Shown here: positions 1 to 13,349 of the stretch, piece by piece
How positions within the stretch are numbered: the stretch's first letter is position 1
Layout: each line of letters starts with the position of its first letter
Source: Lama guanicoe
Lineage: Eukaryota
Length of the DNA stretch: 64,000 bases
Assembly: GCA_013239625.1 (NCBI GenBank)
Contig: MU054323.1
Location: 434,001 to 498,000, forward strand
Direction of reading: 5' to 3'
Program-made: the position numbers and the translations under genes
The notes under the pieces: model-generated
What the model was told of the DNA's origin: nothing
The model's input: the letters and a program-made list of their open reading frames with translations, nothing else
Database searches by the model: none

Positions 1-1307
1 CAGGCCCATTAAGCTGCCATCTTCTCTCACCTCATTATCACCTTGGCCTGGGGGGCTGCAGGGATGTCATGAGCCCCTGGAGTCCAGAGCTGTCCCCTCT
101 GCCCTTCCACTAGAAGTGTTGCCCCTGGTGGGTCAGATAGAGGAAAACCCAGCACCCAGAGGGTGTGTCTTCCCTGTGGGCTTAAAAAAGGCCATCTTTC
201 CTCCAGCTCATTTAACTGACCCCAGGGAGCAGAGGGAGGCGAGTCCGTGGGCCCGGGCACCTTGGGGTGGCCGGCTTCCCAGAGCCCTTTATCTCTGCTG
301 GGAGATAAGGCCCCAGCGGCTTGGCTCTCGTGCTGAGCAATGGATGGGGGAGCAGGAGCCATAAAGCGGGGCAGGGCTGACAGTTTAGGACGGGATCCTG
401 GAGAGCCTAAGCTTTGAACTCTGCCCTCGTCGGAAGGGAGGGGGCCTTTATGGCCGGTGCTCTGGGGCTGGTGAGAGAGCAGGGCTGTTAGGGCAAGAAT
501 GAGGCCCCGGGCAGCCAGCTTCACACCCAATGGCAGGGTGAGCCCCCAGAGCCCAGCGCGGTGGGGCCAGCAGCGGAAGCGCGCTCCATCCCGCTTTATT
601 GACTTGTAAACGACACCATTAAGAGGAAGTCCTCACCTTGGCTGGAAACAGCTGTGGGAGCGGCAGTAAATCTGGCAGCTGGCCAACCAACACCAGGCAT
701 TTCCCCATGCAGGCGGGGCCAGGGGCCCCATCACCCCACCTCCGGGCTGCCCTGTGGGTCTCGGGTTGTGACCATTCTTGAGTTGGGGACTGAAGAGTGG
801 CAATAGTGACGAACGAAATACTCCCTCCCAACCCTCAAAAAAGGAGAAAAATATCCCCAGAAATCTCTGAGTCATCATTTGCAAAGTCAGCCCAGAGAAA
901 TGGACATTGGGGGGAAGCCCAGGTCAGCGGCAAAAAGCAGGCCGGGGGCTTAGCTTCTCACGGTGCCCTGGGGGATGAGTCCCTGAGCCGCCCAGGTCTC
1001 AGATTTGTTTTTACATAAAAATCGACATAGTGATACCTTTCTAAGGGAGGCTATGATGATTAAAGGAGACAAAAGAGAACCATCTCACCTTGGAGGTGCT
1101 CAAGGCATGGGTGACATTGAAACAACACGGGAAGGTGGGCTCTAGGCTGTCTCTTTTGGTGTGTGTTCCTGTGGAGTTAGCTAACACTGCAGAACGAGAT
1201 AAGGGGAGGGACAGCCCTGCCTTACTCAGTTTTGCTTAGTTGCTAATAAGGAACCTGGTATGGAACATGGAGAACATTTTCAATAAATGTTTGACGAATA
1301 ATAAAAT

Positions 1308-1370
1308 AGGGAGGGAAGGAAGGAAGAAAAGAGGGAAGGAAGGAAGGGAGGGAGGGAGGGAGGGAGGGAA
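1308..1370 (+). repeat. (GGAA/GGGA)n polypurine microsatellite following an L2 3' end
   Basis: gggagggaaggaaggaagaaaagagggaaggaaggaagggagggagggagggagggagggaa. Confidence 0.95.
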
Positions 1371-1574
1371 ATAAAGTCATTTTTCCTTGGACCCAGTCTA
1401 ATAGTTGGGACCCAGAAGAAAGAAGGAAGTGACATTTGCTGGTTCCCACTGTGAACCAATACATCATAAAACTCAGTTCTCACAACCACCAGCAGTACCC
1501 CAAGGAAAACTGCTCAAGTGTTGTCACTGACTTATTACCCAATAGGTAGATTTGCGTTACGGGCACATTATTTA

Positions 1575-1830
1575 CTCTGCGGACAAATAACTTCTCTGTC
1601 CCCCATTTTCTCCTCTCAAAGGGTGAGAATTAAATGAGATCATATGCATAAAGCTGTTAACACAGTTATTGACAAACAGTAAGTGCTCGATAAAAATTCG
1701 ATATTATTATGCTTTAGGATGGAGACTCTGGCTCAGAGCAATTAAGTGACTTGGTCAATTCCCAAAGCTAAGAAATGCCATAGCCTGGGGTCCCACTTGT
1801 CTTCTAAAGCTCCTGCTCTGAATTCCTCCA
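1575..1830. mobile_element. Two MIR SINE fragments in opposite orientation
   Basis: gagaattaaatgagatcatatgcataaagc...cagtaagtgctcgataaa (+); ggagactctggctcagagcaattaagtgacttggtcaa (-). Confidence 0.75.
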
Positions 1831-4720
1831 GGTTCTGGAGCAGCTGAAATACTGTAAGTGGTGGTGCAAGGAATCCCCGTAGCTGGGGGTGGGTCTCAGA
1901 AGTGATTATCAGATGTAACTACGGAAAAGAATTCTTCAGAGAGAGAATTTACGAGCTGAGTTTCTGCAAATCGGGGGGCCACTGGGATCCTTATCTTTGC
2001 AGGAGAAATATCTTCCTTCATTAAGGAGCCACCAAACAGGTAAACAAACAAATAAACACAAGCAAAAGGGAGACAAGATGTCAGGAAAACATTTCCAGAG
2101 CACTTGCCAGGGGCGGGGCGTGAGCCAAGGAATTCGGGGACCATAGTGTTCCCCAGCGTGGTCAGGATCTGCTAATCACTGACTGGGGAGTGGGTCCTCC
2201 TCAGCGTTGTGTATTGGGGGGACATTATTCTCACAAGACGCTGGACTCAAAGGGACTCTGAATTCATATAAATTTGGGACAAGCTGCGTTAGACATATAG
2301 TGACTTCTTTCCCGCAGGATTTCCCTGAAGTCTTTTAGATTCTTTGCACTGATGACTCCAGTCTATGCAGCGCCCCAAGTGCAGACAACCAGAAAAGCCT
2401 TTATTTTCAATTTTTTTCAGGAAATATCTATTAATATACCATGGCCCTGGGCAGAAGTCAGGGGAGGCCCTGCAGGTAGGAAAGATGGGGACACAGGCTT
2501 CATGGGGAGCCCTCTGGCTTTGACTTCTCATGGCCCTCCTGCAGGCTGTGGCCACAGCATCCCCTGGCCTGGCCTGGAAGGCAGAAAGTCTCTTTCAGAA
2601 AACTCCTGAGGCCACCTGGAACTCCATACTGCCTTCCATCTCGGGGCATCAGTTTCTCATCTGTGCAACAAGGAGACAGGATGACATGTGGCACCTCCCA
2701 TCATCTGTAATTCTTTAACGATCCACAGTGAAAGAGATCTCAGCCCAGGAATTACCAGGGTGCCTCTGTGTCTGAGAGTCTACTCTGATTCTTGCAGTGG
2801 CTCCAGCATTTTAAATGATTTGGGGGGTTTAATCACATGCGTACATAGCACTTCCTATGTGCAGTGTTTACAAATATTAACTCATCTGATGCTCATCCCA
2901 ATGCCAAGAGGAAGTCACCTCTATATTCACTCCCTTTTTACCAATGAGGAACCGAAGCCCAGAAAAGCCTGGAGAATTTGAATCTGAGCAGCCTGCCTCC
3001 AGCAGCGGTCCTCGCTTTGCTGTCACTCAAAAACGGATCAAAGCGAAAGGGGCTTCAATTTCCCAAATGACTTTCCATCTTCCAAGGAGGGATGGAATGA
3101 AGGCAGTAAAGATGGAGGGAGAGAAGAAAGAAGGCTAATGTGTAGACAAGGGAGATGTGTTGGAGAGAAAGTGGGCAGGAGGATCTTGGGATCTTGGCTC
3201 CCTTTTTGTTTGAGCAAAAACGGGGATATTTGGACACCAGTGCAGAAATCAACCTGCCCCCTGAATCAGCTAAGATGCTGGTTTCTCTCTGCCTGGGGCG
3301 CCCTCGGGTACTCACCTGCCACCTGACTATCCAGCTCACAGTTCCACGCCTTCCTCATTCCTTCTGGGGAAATACCTGGCAGAGGCCCACACCCTGGGCC
3401 CCGGGAGTCCTGTTCTGGTTCCCCAGTTGGCAGAGGGGGCTTGTTTGGGGAGAGGCTTCGAAAGCCCGCCCGGGAGCCTGGGCCCTACCTGCCACATTCC
3501 ATTCTTCAGGTCTTAAAAGCCTCCTATTCTTTTACAAATCACTAGTTCAGGCCTAAATTATCCAGATAATTGAGCCGCCTGGCCTGTCATTTTGTTGGCA
3601 TAGACACCATTTATGTGTAATCTGAGAATATTCTATGTGCCTGGAGTTTCTTCCAAAGGCATTATTCCTAACCTTCTTTAAGAAACAAATTTCCTGTTGC
3701 CATGGAGATCAGTTTTTTCGGCTAATTTTATCGGGCTCAGGAGCCGGGGCTGGAAGTCACTCTCACGTCCCCGGGTTGTCTACCCTGGGGAGTCCTAGGC
3801 TGCTTTTATCCAAGATGCTCCCAGACCTCAGCATCCTTGGAATGAGACAAATTCAGGTGATGATCAAATTTTGGTTTTACATTTTAAAAGCCTTGACATC
3901 CTCTCTATAGGCGCTTTTGATTCGTTTTAATGAGGAAACACACAGATTCGGGGTGGGTAAGTATTGTAAATACTTGCTAGAAAAGACTAGAGAAGACTAG
4001 AAAATTCAGAAAGCAGAAAAGGCGCTTCTTGGGCATAAACCTGGCCCCCGCGGAGATGTGAAGGACCAGAACACACAATTTGCCTCCCGGGAGGTTGCAA
4101 GCCGGTGAGAGTTAAATTGCTTCAGAGCTGAGAAAGATCTCAATGATCGTCGCTTTTAATACTCTAATTTTACAAATTGGGAAATTAATCTACATTCTCG
4201 CAGCTGGGACTCGGGAGAGTTTAAACCCAAGGTCTCTCGGCTCGGCTCGGCTCGCAGTCAGCCGGGATAAAGCCTTCCTGGGGCTGGACACGTCTCCTCC
4301 CTCCACGGGTCCTGCACCGAATGCTCGCTCTGCTTTCTGCAGACCCCCTGACCCTGCTTTCTCCCCGCTGGGTCTTGGCACATTTGGGTCCTGCTCTCTG
4401 GAACGCTCTTCCACTTTTCTGAACATTTTTGCTATCTGTCAAGGCTCCCCTCAAGCGTCACCTTTTCTGGAATTCTCTGGGTGGGTCTGGTTCTCTTCTG
4501 CAGCCTGCCACACCGCTGCAATTACTTGTGTGCTTGTGTCCTCTTGTCCAGTGGCCAGCAAGCCCCTTGGGGACTGCGTTCTCCTCACCTCTGCCTGATG
4601 GCGCCGGGGCTGGGACCTGGCATGGAGGAGCCACTCCATGAGTGCTTGAAGAAATCAGTCATCCCAATGGCCAACGAATGGGAGCCTTCCATGCACCAGG
4701 TACTGCGTTCATGCTAACTC

Positions 4721-5022
4721 TGTCTTAGTCCGTTTGGGCTGCTCTTAGCAACTATCGCAGACCAGGTGGCTTTTAAACAGCAGAAATTAATTGCTCGCAG
4801 TTCTGGGGCTGAAAGTTGGAGGTCATGGTGCCAGCGTGGTCAGGTAAGGCCCTCTTCCGGGTCGCTGACTGCTGACCTCTGGCTGTGTCCTCACAAGGTG
4901 GGAGGGGCAGGGGAACTCTGCGGAGTCTCTTTTACAAGGTCACTAATCCCATTCACGAGGGCTCCACCCTCCTTGATTTAAGCACCTCCTAAAGGCCCCA
5001 CCTACCAGTACCATTCAGACCA
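4721..5022 (-). mobile_element. MaLR solo LTR (MLT1A-like) inserted in a MIR
   Basis: tgtcttagtccgtttgggctgct...agaaattaattgctcgcagttctgggg...ctgtgtcctcac...cactaatcccattcacgagggctccaccctc matches MLT1A-type consensus; MIR-like sequence continues on both sides (~4670-4720, ~5025-5200). Confidence 0.85.
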
Positions 5023-6959
5023 TGGGAGACTCACTTAATTCTCGCACTGATCCTGGGAGGGTGGTACAATTATCACTGTGTTTTTGCCTTGGAGGAAACT
5101 GAGACCCTGCAAAACCACTCGCCTAAGCTGCCCTGCTGGAGGGGGCTGGAGTCAGGGTCTAAACCCTGACAACTTGCCTGTAGAGCTTTCACTGTTAGCA
5201 GCTACTCTGGGTGCCTCTCTGATCAATGCACAGCCCTCTGCTGTAGATGCAATCTTCATTTTGTAGCCAAAGAAATGAACACTTAACCATTGATAAAAGG
5301 ACTCGTCCAAGGTCACACAAGCATGGCCGTGGGATTCGAAGCTGGGAGGTCTGGCTTTGAAGTTGTTATTCTTGGTGCTTCACCAAACTGCCTTGAAATT
5401 TCAGTGTGAAAGGACATGGCCCTGACCATAAATATTTTAGAGACAGCACATCTCACGAGACTTCTTAATTTTCTCGTACAAATCCCTACTGTAAGAACTT
5501 TAGGTCAGAGCTGGCTCCTACTCTATAACACAGAAAACCCCAAGGCTTTTCTCTTCGCTGAGTGTCTGAGACATGGAACGAGTGTGGGTGAGAGGGGATC
5601 GGCTCTCTCCATCAGAGGGGACCTTCCCTCGTACCGAGAGATCGTGAGCACCTGGGCCCGACAATGGTTCTGTTACTGCTCTTTACACAATACCGGAATG
5701 AGGTCCTTGAACATGAACTTTTCAATCAAAGGAATAAATGGAAAGGAACCGTTCACCCCCACCTGAGAGATAAAGACGCCGATGCAGGTCCCTGTAGGGT
5801 TTCCCTGTGAAGACCTAATTACCTGCAGAATGTCCTGTGCAGGTGATGCTCACTTACTAGGGGGCTGGGAAATTCCTCCAGCTTGGAAGAGAGGGGATGG
5901 CCAGAGGAACCGTTAGCCCTGTCTTGCCGTTGGTACTGCCCTCTCCTGGGGAGGGGGGTCCACTTGTCCAAATCAGGCTGGTCACCACAGGTGGCAGTCA
6001 TGGCTCCGCAAAAGAGCTGGCCAGCGGGCTCCTCCCTTGGTGGATGTACAGCTGAGACACTAAGGAAGTATCAGCTTGCCGGTGGCCTGGGCTACAAGCT
6101 CTTAAAGCCACCCTGAGCCCCGAGTCTTCCTGGTGAGCCCTTGCTTTGCTCTGATGGTCACAGTGCTGCTGTTTGTTTTGGCCTCAGCTCTCAGCGCCCT
6201 CCTTCTTGGGCTCCTGGAGGCCCATCAATTTACTGCTTTGAATCGTCACATCACCCCGAGAACTGGCTGCAGCGGGCTGCAGCTGGACTCTCATGAATGC
6301 CCACGAGTCCTTGCTGAGCAAAGTGGCTCCAGTCCACGCTGGGGCATCGTACTGGGCAGAGGGGTTTGCTGGTGCTGGTCTAAGCCCGGCCGAGTCAGGA
6401 GACAGCGAATGGCCACGATGGTGGGTTATCAGAGCGTTGCCGCAGACCACACAGACAGCCGCCCGGAATTTTGCTGCGGTCTGCTTTGCTACCTCATCAG
6501 TCCCTGCGACCGACCCCAGCTGTTCTGACATTCCATTCTCAAGGCCTAAGGGATGCTTCGTGGCCAAGCTAGATGTTACATTGTCCAGTGCATTCCTAGT
6601 ACGTGAAATGGAAACACACACGGGGCGGTAGCCTCCACTTCAGGGATCCAGGGAGCGTGAGTCATGTTTGAGGTGAGACTTGTTTGCAAAGGAGGCAGGG
6701 AGTGGGCAGTGTTCTGGAGGTGCAGCGTCAGGAAGCCAAAGCACCCAGAAAATGAAAATCTAGAGGCAGCTATTTGAGGCCAGGAGCCTCGTAATGGTCA
6801 TTTCTTTCATTCCCTCAGGGCACACTATTAAGTAGGCGTTCTCATTCCCAATTAACAGATGGAGAAACTAAGGCCCGGGGAGCTTGCTGCCTCGCTACAG
6901 GTGACAGAAAGAGCTAAGTCTGATTCCAAAAGCCCGGATTCTTTCCTCTGTACAATCCT

Positions 6960-7260
6960 GTCAGAATCAGCCCTTAAACAAGGTTCACCTTCCGCGTCGT
7001 TCATTATACACGGAGAGAGCTTCTGAGGCCTGTTGAGGCTGATTTGCATAATTCATTTTTAGAACATTAATTAGCCGGGATGTGTAATAGTTCTTGTGCC
7101 AATTTGTGTTTCAATTTCAAATGCAAATACAAATTAGCAAATGTTATTCCTGTGGCACCTTAAGGATGAAACATTTGCTGCTCGTCATATTAATCTTTAC
7201 ATTTTTGAAACTATGGCTGATAGAAGCAATAATATCCTCTAATTGGCAGGATTGAGGAAA
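6960..7260. promoter_or_regulatory. Candidate enhancer with two inverted POU octamers
   Basis: Repeat-free AT-rich block: ATTTGCAT 7042-7049, ATGCAAAT 7121-7128, several TAAT/ATTA cores. Motif-based only. Confidence 0.5.
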
Positions 7261-7334
7261 AAAAAAATCTAGTCTGGTGGGGGCGGGGTGGGTAAGAAGT
7301 AATTCTTTTTCAGGAAAAGAAAATAGTACTTAGG

Positions 7335-8400
7335 CATCCATCCATTCATCCATCCATCCATCCATCCATCCATACCTTTAATAGTACCGAGCACCAACCA
7401 GGTGTCATACTTTGTGGTAGGAGACAGAGATTGTACCAGGCAGCACACACATAGTGGGAGAGAGATTTATGTAAATAAGTAAATACACTCTATTGTGACA
7501 GGTTTTAGAACAGAGCCAAGCTTTTCAGGACAGAAATACTGGAAGGTCCCAGGAGTGCCTCCCAGTGATTGGGACACAGAGCAAGACGGATCTTAAAGTG
7601 GAAAATTGGAGAAAGCCAGGTCGAGGTGGATTGGTGGTGGCAGGGGTGACGGTGGCAGTGAGGACCCAGTGAGAGGAGACCTTTACGTGAGATCTTGTGT
7701 ATTTGGGGGAACTCCAAGACATTCTGCCCAGCTGGAACTTTGAGGTATTTGCGGGGGTGATAGCAGGGGTAAGATGAGCCCAAATGTCTGTAGGCTACCT
7801 TTTTTGGAATTCACCCTGTAGACCTTGGAGGGCCATGGATTGAAGAAGCTGGTCAGACTGACAGTTTAGAAATCTCGCTCTGGAGTCCCTGTGGAGAATG
7901 TTCTTGGAAAGGAGACTTTAGACGAGAAGTTAAGAGACTATTGGGATAAACCGTTCTAAGAGAAGTGATGATGGTGGGAGTGGCAGAGGAAGTAGAGAGG
8001 AGAGGACACAACAGAGACCTTTCAAGGGTATCATTACTAGAGAGGCAGCCTGGGGCCATGCTTAAGAGCACAGAGTGTGAATCCACCGGCTGTCTTTCAA
8101 TCCTGCCCCCGACCTTGGGCAGGTCTCCTAATCGGGCTCTGCTTTAGTGTGCTCTGGGTAAAACAGTATCATAATAACAATGAGCACCTATCCCCCGGGG
8201 TTGTTGTTCACACAGTATACATTCAAGGCTTGATAGTGGTGATGGTGGTTGGAATGGTTACTAATTGCATGTGGGGCCAGAGGGAGAAAAAGGAGTCAAG
8301 AAAAGTGCCCAGATTTCTGGTCTGGAATGCTGGAAGGGGTGGTGGTTCTCTTTATCCAATAAAGAACCCATGGTTAGAAGATGAGTGAGTCGCAGCACAA
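7335..8400 (-). mobile_element. L2 LINE relic(s) with (CATC)n-derived tail
   Basis: (CATC)n at 7335-7372, then gagcaccaaccaggt..., and later ggagtcaagaaaagtgcccagatttctggtctggaatgctggaagg (antisense L2). Confidence 0.6.
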
Positions 8401-9164
8401 AGGAGTGGAGCGAAGATTTTGGAGGAATCTATTCGAGTTCTAGAAGAGATCTTCTAAAGGCAGCCCTTTTCTCACCATTAGCCCCTGTGTCATTCCCAGC
8501 AAGTCCAAGTTCATGCTCTTTAGTGTAGTATCAAGGCACTTACCAATCTAGTCTCAATTCCAAAAGCACCAACCCCAGGCAGTTCCTGATGCCTCAGCTG
8601 TCCTGGAGCCAGCCAGGCATGGGTTTATATTGAAAGCACAAGCATAGACACTTAATTACAAGGATGATTCCTCTTACAGAAGACACCATTGGGTTCACCT
8701 ACAAACCCATATGGAGAACTATTGCTCCCAGGAATCAAGCTTGGGTAGAGAGCTGCCCTGAAGATCCTTATACTGGTGGAAAGAAAAGGGGCTAATAGAT
8801 CTTCTACCAGGGAATTAACATTCTTCAGCCCCTGGAAAGCAAATAAATGCTAGAATTGTAGATGGCTTGAGTGAACATGAGAGAGAGATCTAGTTTGGGA
8901 GTGTGAGTGAAGAACAAGGAGCAAGCATCCTTCACTTGTCATTACTGGTTGGATATCTCTCTTCCTTCTGGACTGTCCCACTCTCTGAAAAAGGAATGGG
9001 TTGATGAGATTAATATAATTCCATTACTAATTCACTCAACATACACTTCTTTCATACTTACTTTTGGCCAGTTCCCATGCTATATGCTGAAATCCAGAGA
9101 AGTAAGAAGATGTGATTCCTACTTCTAGGAAGTGAACAGTAGAATGGAAGTGTCAGGCATCACT

Positions 9165-9655
9165 TTGGTTATCTTTTGTGTGTGAGAAACTATTGCAAAA
9201 TTTAGCATCTTAAAATAGCAATTTATTGTAATTGCTTATGATTCTGTCAGTTAAATCTGTATTCAGTTGGATGGGTCTTCTGCTGGCTGCTTTGAGTCTC
9301 TCATGAGATTACAATAAGATGGTATCTGGCACTGGAATCTGCTGGGAACTTGACTGGAATGAAATATCCAAGACGGCTTCGCTTCCCACACACTTTAGTG
9401 GTTTATCCCCACGTGGCCTCTCTTTCCATGAAGCGTCTCATTCTCGAGAGCCTCTCAACGTGGCCATCGTCTTCAGTAATTAGGTTTCTTAAATGGTGGC
9501 TGACTTGCAAGAGCATAAAAGTAGAATCTTACAGGGTCACTTTGGTACATTTTATTGCCTAAAGCAATTCACAGAGACAATCCACATTCTGTGTGGGGTG
9601 TCCCCACGGGGCTTGAATGTAGGAGAGTGTGGTCCATTAGGGGCCAGTTTTGGAG
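9165..9655 (-). mobile_element. Old MaLR LTR (MLT1F-H-like)
   Basis: ggttatcttttgtgtgtgagaaactattgcaaaatttagcatcttaaaatagcaatttatt...atccaagacggcttc...ccattagggg pattern. Confidence 0.65.
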
Positions 9656-10423
9656 ATAAGACAGACATATACATAGATTGATATTTTTCACAAAAATAAA
9701 ATTATACTTACGATCATTTATGTACCAGCCTCTCTAGTAGGCCCTTATATACACTATTACATCATCACAATGACCCTTCAAGGCATATGGTGTCATTCTC
9801 ACTTTACATTTAAGGAAATGAAGGTTCTATAACTGGATCATGGTCACAAAGCTTGTAAATGGTCTAAACCAGACCTGCATATGGATCCTCCGGTCATAAG
9901 TCTCATACTTTCTTCACTTCAGAATGCTATCTTCATGACTGATACTGTCAAAGATCCTTAGAAGCCCAGGGGCTAGTACCCAGCCCAGTTTAGTGGCAAG
10001 TAGGTGTACCTTATGGCGGTGGTGATACTTCACCTCTAAGCTTCCTCCTAGACCTAATATTTCAAGTAAGTCATTCACAGTCTAGTGTAAATGAGGTCCC
10101 ACAGGGTGTTGATTTTAATGAAGGATGAGACAAAATTGGTACCCTGGGACTCAGGCTAGAACTACAGGCTTTTATGACTGACCCTAAAAAGTCTTCAAAC
10201 TTAAATAATGCATATCTGGAAACCATTATAACAACACACCTTGAAAATGTGCTATACCAACCTCCACACTTCTGACATGGAGGCATGAAACACCAGCAGC
10301 CCCTTGGTACAGGCAGATTGCTGGTAGGTGAGTGAGGTCAAGTTCAGCAGAGGCTAAAATGACTACCTCATATTGCCATGGAAAATATACCGAGTCTCAG
10401 CAATATCTAAAAAGAAGTGAAGC

Positions 10424-10531
10424 ATGAGGACGGTTTAAGAGACCTCTGGGACAACAGGAAGTACATTAATATTCGCATTATAGAGGCCCCAGAAAGAGAA
10501 GAGAGAGAGAAAGGACCTGAGAAAAAATTTC
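10424..10531 (+). mobile_element. Isolated LINE-1 ORF1 fragment between 12-bp direct repeats
   Basis: Translates EDGLRDLWDNRKYINIRIIEAPEREEREKGPEKKFQE, the L1 ORF1p coiled-coil/RRM junction (LRDLWDN..R.NIRIIGVPE). Flanked by aagaagtgaagc (10412-10423) and aagaagcgaagc (10532-10543). Confidence 0.85.
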
Positions 10532-11624
10532 AAGAAGCGAAGCTTCAGCATCATGTTAAGGATGGCATGCCAGGGAGATAGTTGAGAAAATATGTGCTTT
10601 TATCCAGATAATAGCTACCCAGTTACCGAAACATCAGCATGGTCAAGGCCAACTTTCCCTAGCCAAGTTAAAGTTGAGTGATGTAATTCTCCACAGAGAG
10701 TGACTGTCCATTTTTGAAAGGCATAGACCAGAATTTATAACCTTTGACTAATCTTTAGACAGCCAAGCTGGAATAGACGTTAACAAATCGTAGCAGCTAC
10801 TAGTTGCTTTTGACAAACTGATGACACATTCCTATGGAATTTTTGATACAGATGACACTCTGAGAAATGAACAACAGGGAATCTTTCTTGAGGGGACCCA
10901 GCAAGGGTGACTTCAACTTGAACCTGCAAACCTTCAGCTTTCCTTTCATTTGGAAGGCACAGTGGGAAGGGATTCGGGTTGTAATCATAGCTTCTCTGGG
11001 GGTCAGTTTACATGACTGTAAAGGAGGTTAGGATGACATTTTTAAGTCCCTAAGTCTGCTCTTTCTGTAGTTTCTTTAAGGATCCTTCCTTGGGAAGATT
11101 TTCAATCTATCTGTTTATAATTATTTTGTGTACTGTTTCATGATAGTCATTTTGCATTTCAGGGTTTCCTCACAGATGGAAGGACAGGGTGCTTATCCCA
11201 AAAAAGAGTCCCAAGAGTATCTGCTACATCTAGATTCTCACATTTATCTAAAGCCACCTAAATTTACTTGTTCTAACTTTCAGAATTCCACTCTTTCCCA
11301 ATCAATGTCATCTACCTGGCAAGGCTGTGGACTCAATTTATATTGCAATTCTGTAATTTGTAAGATTACATTTTGGGTCTGATTTTCATCTGTATCCACC
11401 CTGAGGATGTAAGGCACTGGAGATCTTTTGGGGCTGACATTGAAGTTTTCAGGGTTTCAGATTGTGTCTATGAGTATCTAAGTATGATCTTGTCATTATC
11501 ATGTGAACTCTCCAGTAGAGTCAGAAACAGCACCTCTCCCCCCATCCAACTTCTCCTAGTCATTCTTTTCCCCCTTCCTTCCTTCCTTGCTTTAACTAAC
11601 TGCAACATTACTTTTTTTATTTAT

Positions 11625-11726
11625 TAAAAATTTATTTTTCCATTGTATTGAGATGTAACTGACGTACAGTACCATACAAGTTTAAGGTACACAGCATAAT
11701 GACTTGACATACACATGTTGCAAATG
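11625..11726 (-). mobile_element. Short L1MA/MB 3' end fragment
   Basis: tattgagatgtaactgacgtacagt...aagtttaaggtacacagcataatgacttgacatac. Confidence 0.7.
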
Positions 11727-11834
11727 TCATAATCATTATTTCCAGCACCCCCAGTGGCTTCATCTCTGAGCGCTTCATCACAGACAATTGCTGGTAATAA
11801 CTTAAATAACTGTTTTGTCCCTGTACAGCTACTA

Positions 11835-12420
11835 GTCAGGGTCTACTAGATATCCAGATAACCAACCTTGGGTGCCGATTTCGCTGATTTTGAGTTAGTT
11901 GCCCCGAGTCCATGACTGTTTTTGTCACTGAGCTGCTGGAGTGACTGCTGTCACTGATGTAAAAGTTTTGCTTCCCAGGAAGCCAGGAGCCTACTGCCAC
12001 TGCCACCCCAGGATCTTGGGAGGTCACCATGGCCTGCTTCTGATCTGTTCCTCCTGAGTCAGAACCCTCCAGTGAGATGCCGCCAAGACTAATGACGTGC
12101 CGCTGCTGCTCCAAGAGGCAGATCCTGTTTGTGTTATGCTGCTGGCACCTCCCTTACCACCTGTCATTATCTGAGCTTACCTGAGCAGAAACCTCACACC
12201 TCATAATGCCTGCTGCGTCTGTTGCTGCCGCTAGAAGCAAAAGTAGGAGAAACAAAGTGGTTTCTCTCTTCCTCCTGCCTTTCAATCTCCTGGCAGTGCC
12301 TCTCTTTGGCAGAACTAAATCTAAAGCCATCTGGCAAGGGAATCTGGGCTTGCATAATGTTTCCAGGCTTTCAACCTCCTGCAATTCAGAACAGAGCAAA
12401 AAAAGTGGAAATGGAGCTGT
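11835..12420 (-). mobile_element. ERVL solo LTR (LTR33-like)
   Basis: Reverse complement reads ttcccttgccagatggc...ttctgccaaagagaggcactgccaggagattgaaaggcaggagg, as in LTR33 and in the copy at 30.8-31.4 kb. Confidence 0.55.
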
Positions 12421-12519
12421 TAACCATCAGTAAGATGGTTGGTGTACATATCATACACCAGACAAGTTACTAGGCACAATATAGAATTGAAAAAAAGAAA
12501 GAAAGAAAGAAATGGAATC

Positions 12520-12958
12520 TCCATGGCAACAATGGCCCCAATTATTTCCTTTCTATATCCATGTAATGTAACTTTTCAGCTCATCTCATTAAGAAGTGGG
12601 GTCTTTTTCCCTGCCTCAAGATCTAGGCATGCCTTGTGATTTACTTTGGCCCATAAGATGTAGTAGAAGTCATAGAATTCCTCAAAAGGACCTGTGTGCT
12701 TCCACTTGCTATCTTTGAATCTCACCTCCTCTACAAGTAAATGTCCAGGTTAGCATGTTGAAGGTTAAGAGATGCCATGGAACAGACAGGTGGTGTCAAC
12801 TAAGGCCTCTCTAGACTAGTTAGTCAACTAACCATGGACACATGAGTGAATTCAGCCAAGAACAACCAACTCCAGTCTCTCAGGCAATTCATAGACTTGT
12901 GATTTTGAGTCACTAAGTTTTAGAGTGGTTTGTTATGCAGCAATAGCTGACTGATACA
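12520..12958 (+). mobile_element. MaLR LTR (MLT1F-H-like)
   Basis: Ends in the canonical actaagttttagagtggtttgttatgcagcaatagctgactgataca. Confidence 0.8.
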
Positions 12959-13349
12959 TCTGCTTCCGAGAGTGCAAAATCTAGCAAAGACAGGAAGCAC
13001 ACACACACACAGAATAGAGAGAAAAAGCAACAAGGCATCATTGAGTTGTATGGTATTTCACATCTAAAAGGTCTGCAAGGATGCAGATCCTGAGTTTTCA
13101 TGGAGTCTTCCAGCAAGAGATGAAACTTGAGCTGGGCCTTGAAAAATAACCAATATTTCAGCTGACCCTGACTCGGGAACATATTTAGAAAAATAGTGAT
13201 GCCAGTCAACAATTTAATGCAAAGAAGTCTGGTATATTGAGTGGAAATTTGAAGACATCATCACTGTCTTCTCTTTTAAGCTGCACAAATATTCTTTCTT
13301 TGGCTTATAACAGAGCTCCATCAAGATAATTAAATGTCTTAACATACAT

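Noticed and set aside
6133..6631. Three overlapping ORFs over 110 aa in CpG-richer sequence
   Set aside because: No recognisable protein or convincing exon structure; stop-codon scarcity is explained by base composition.
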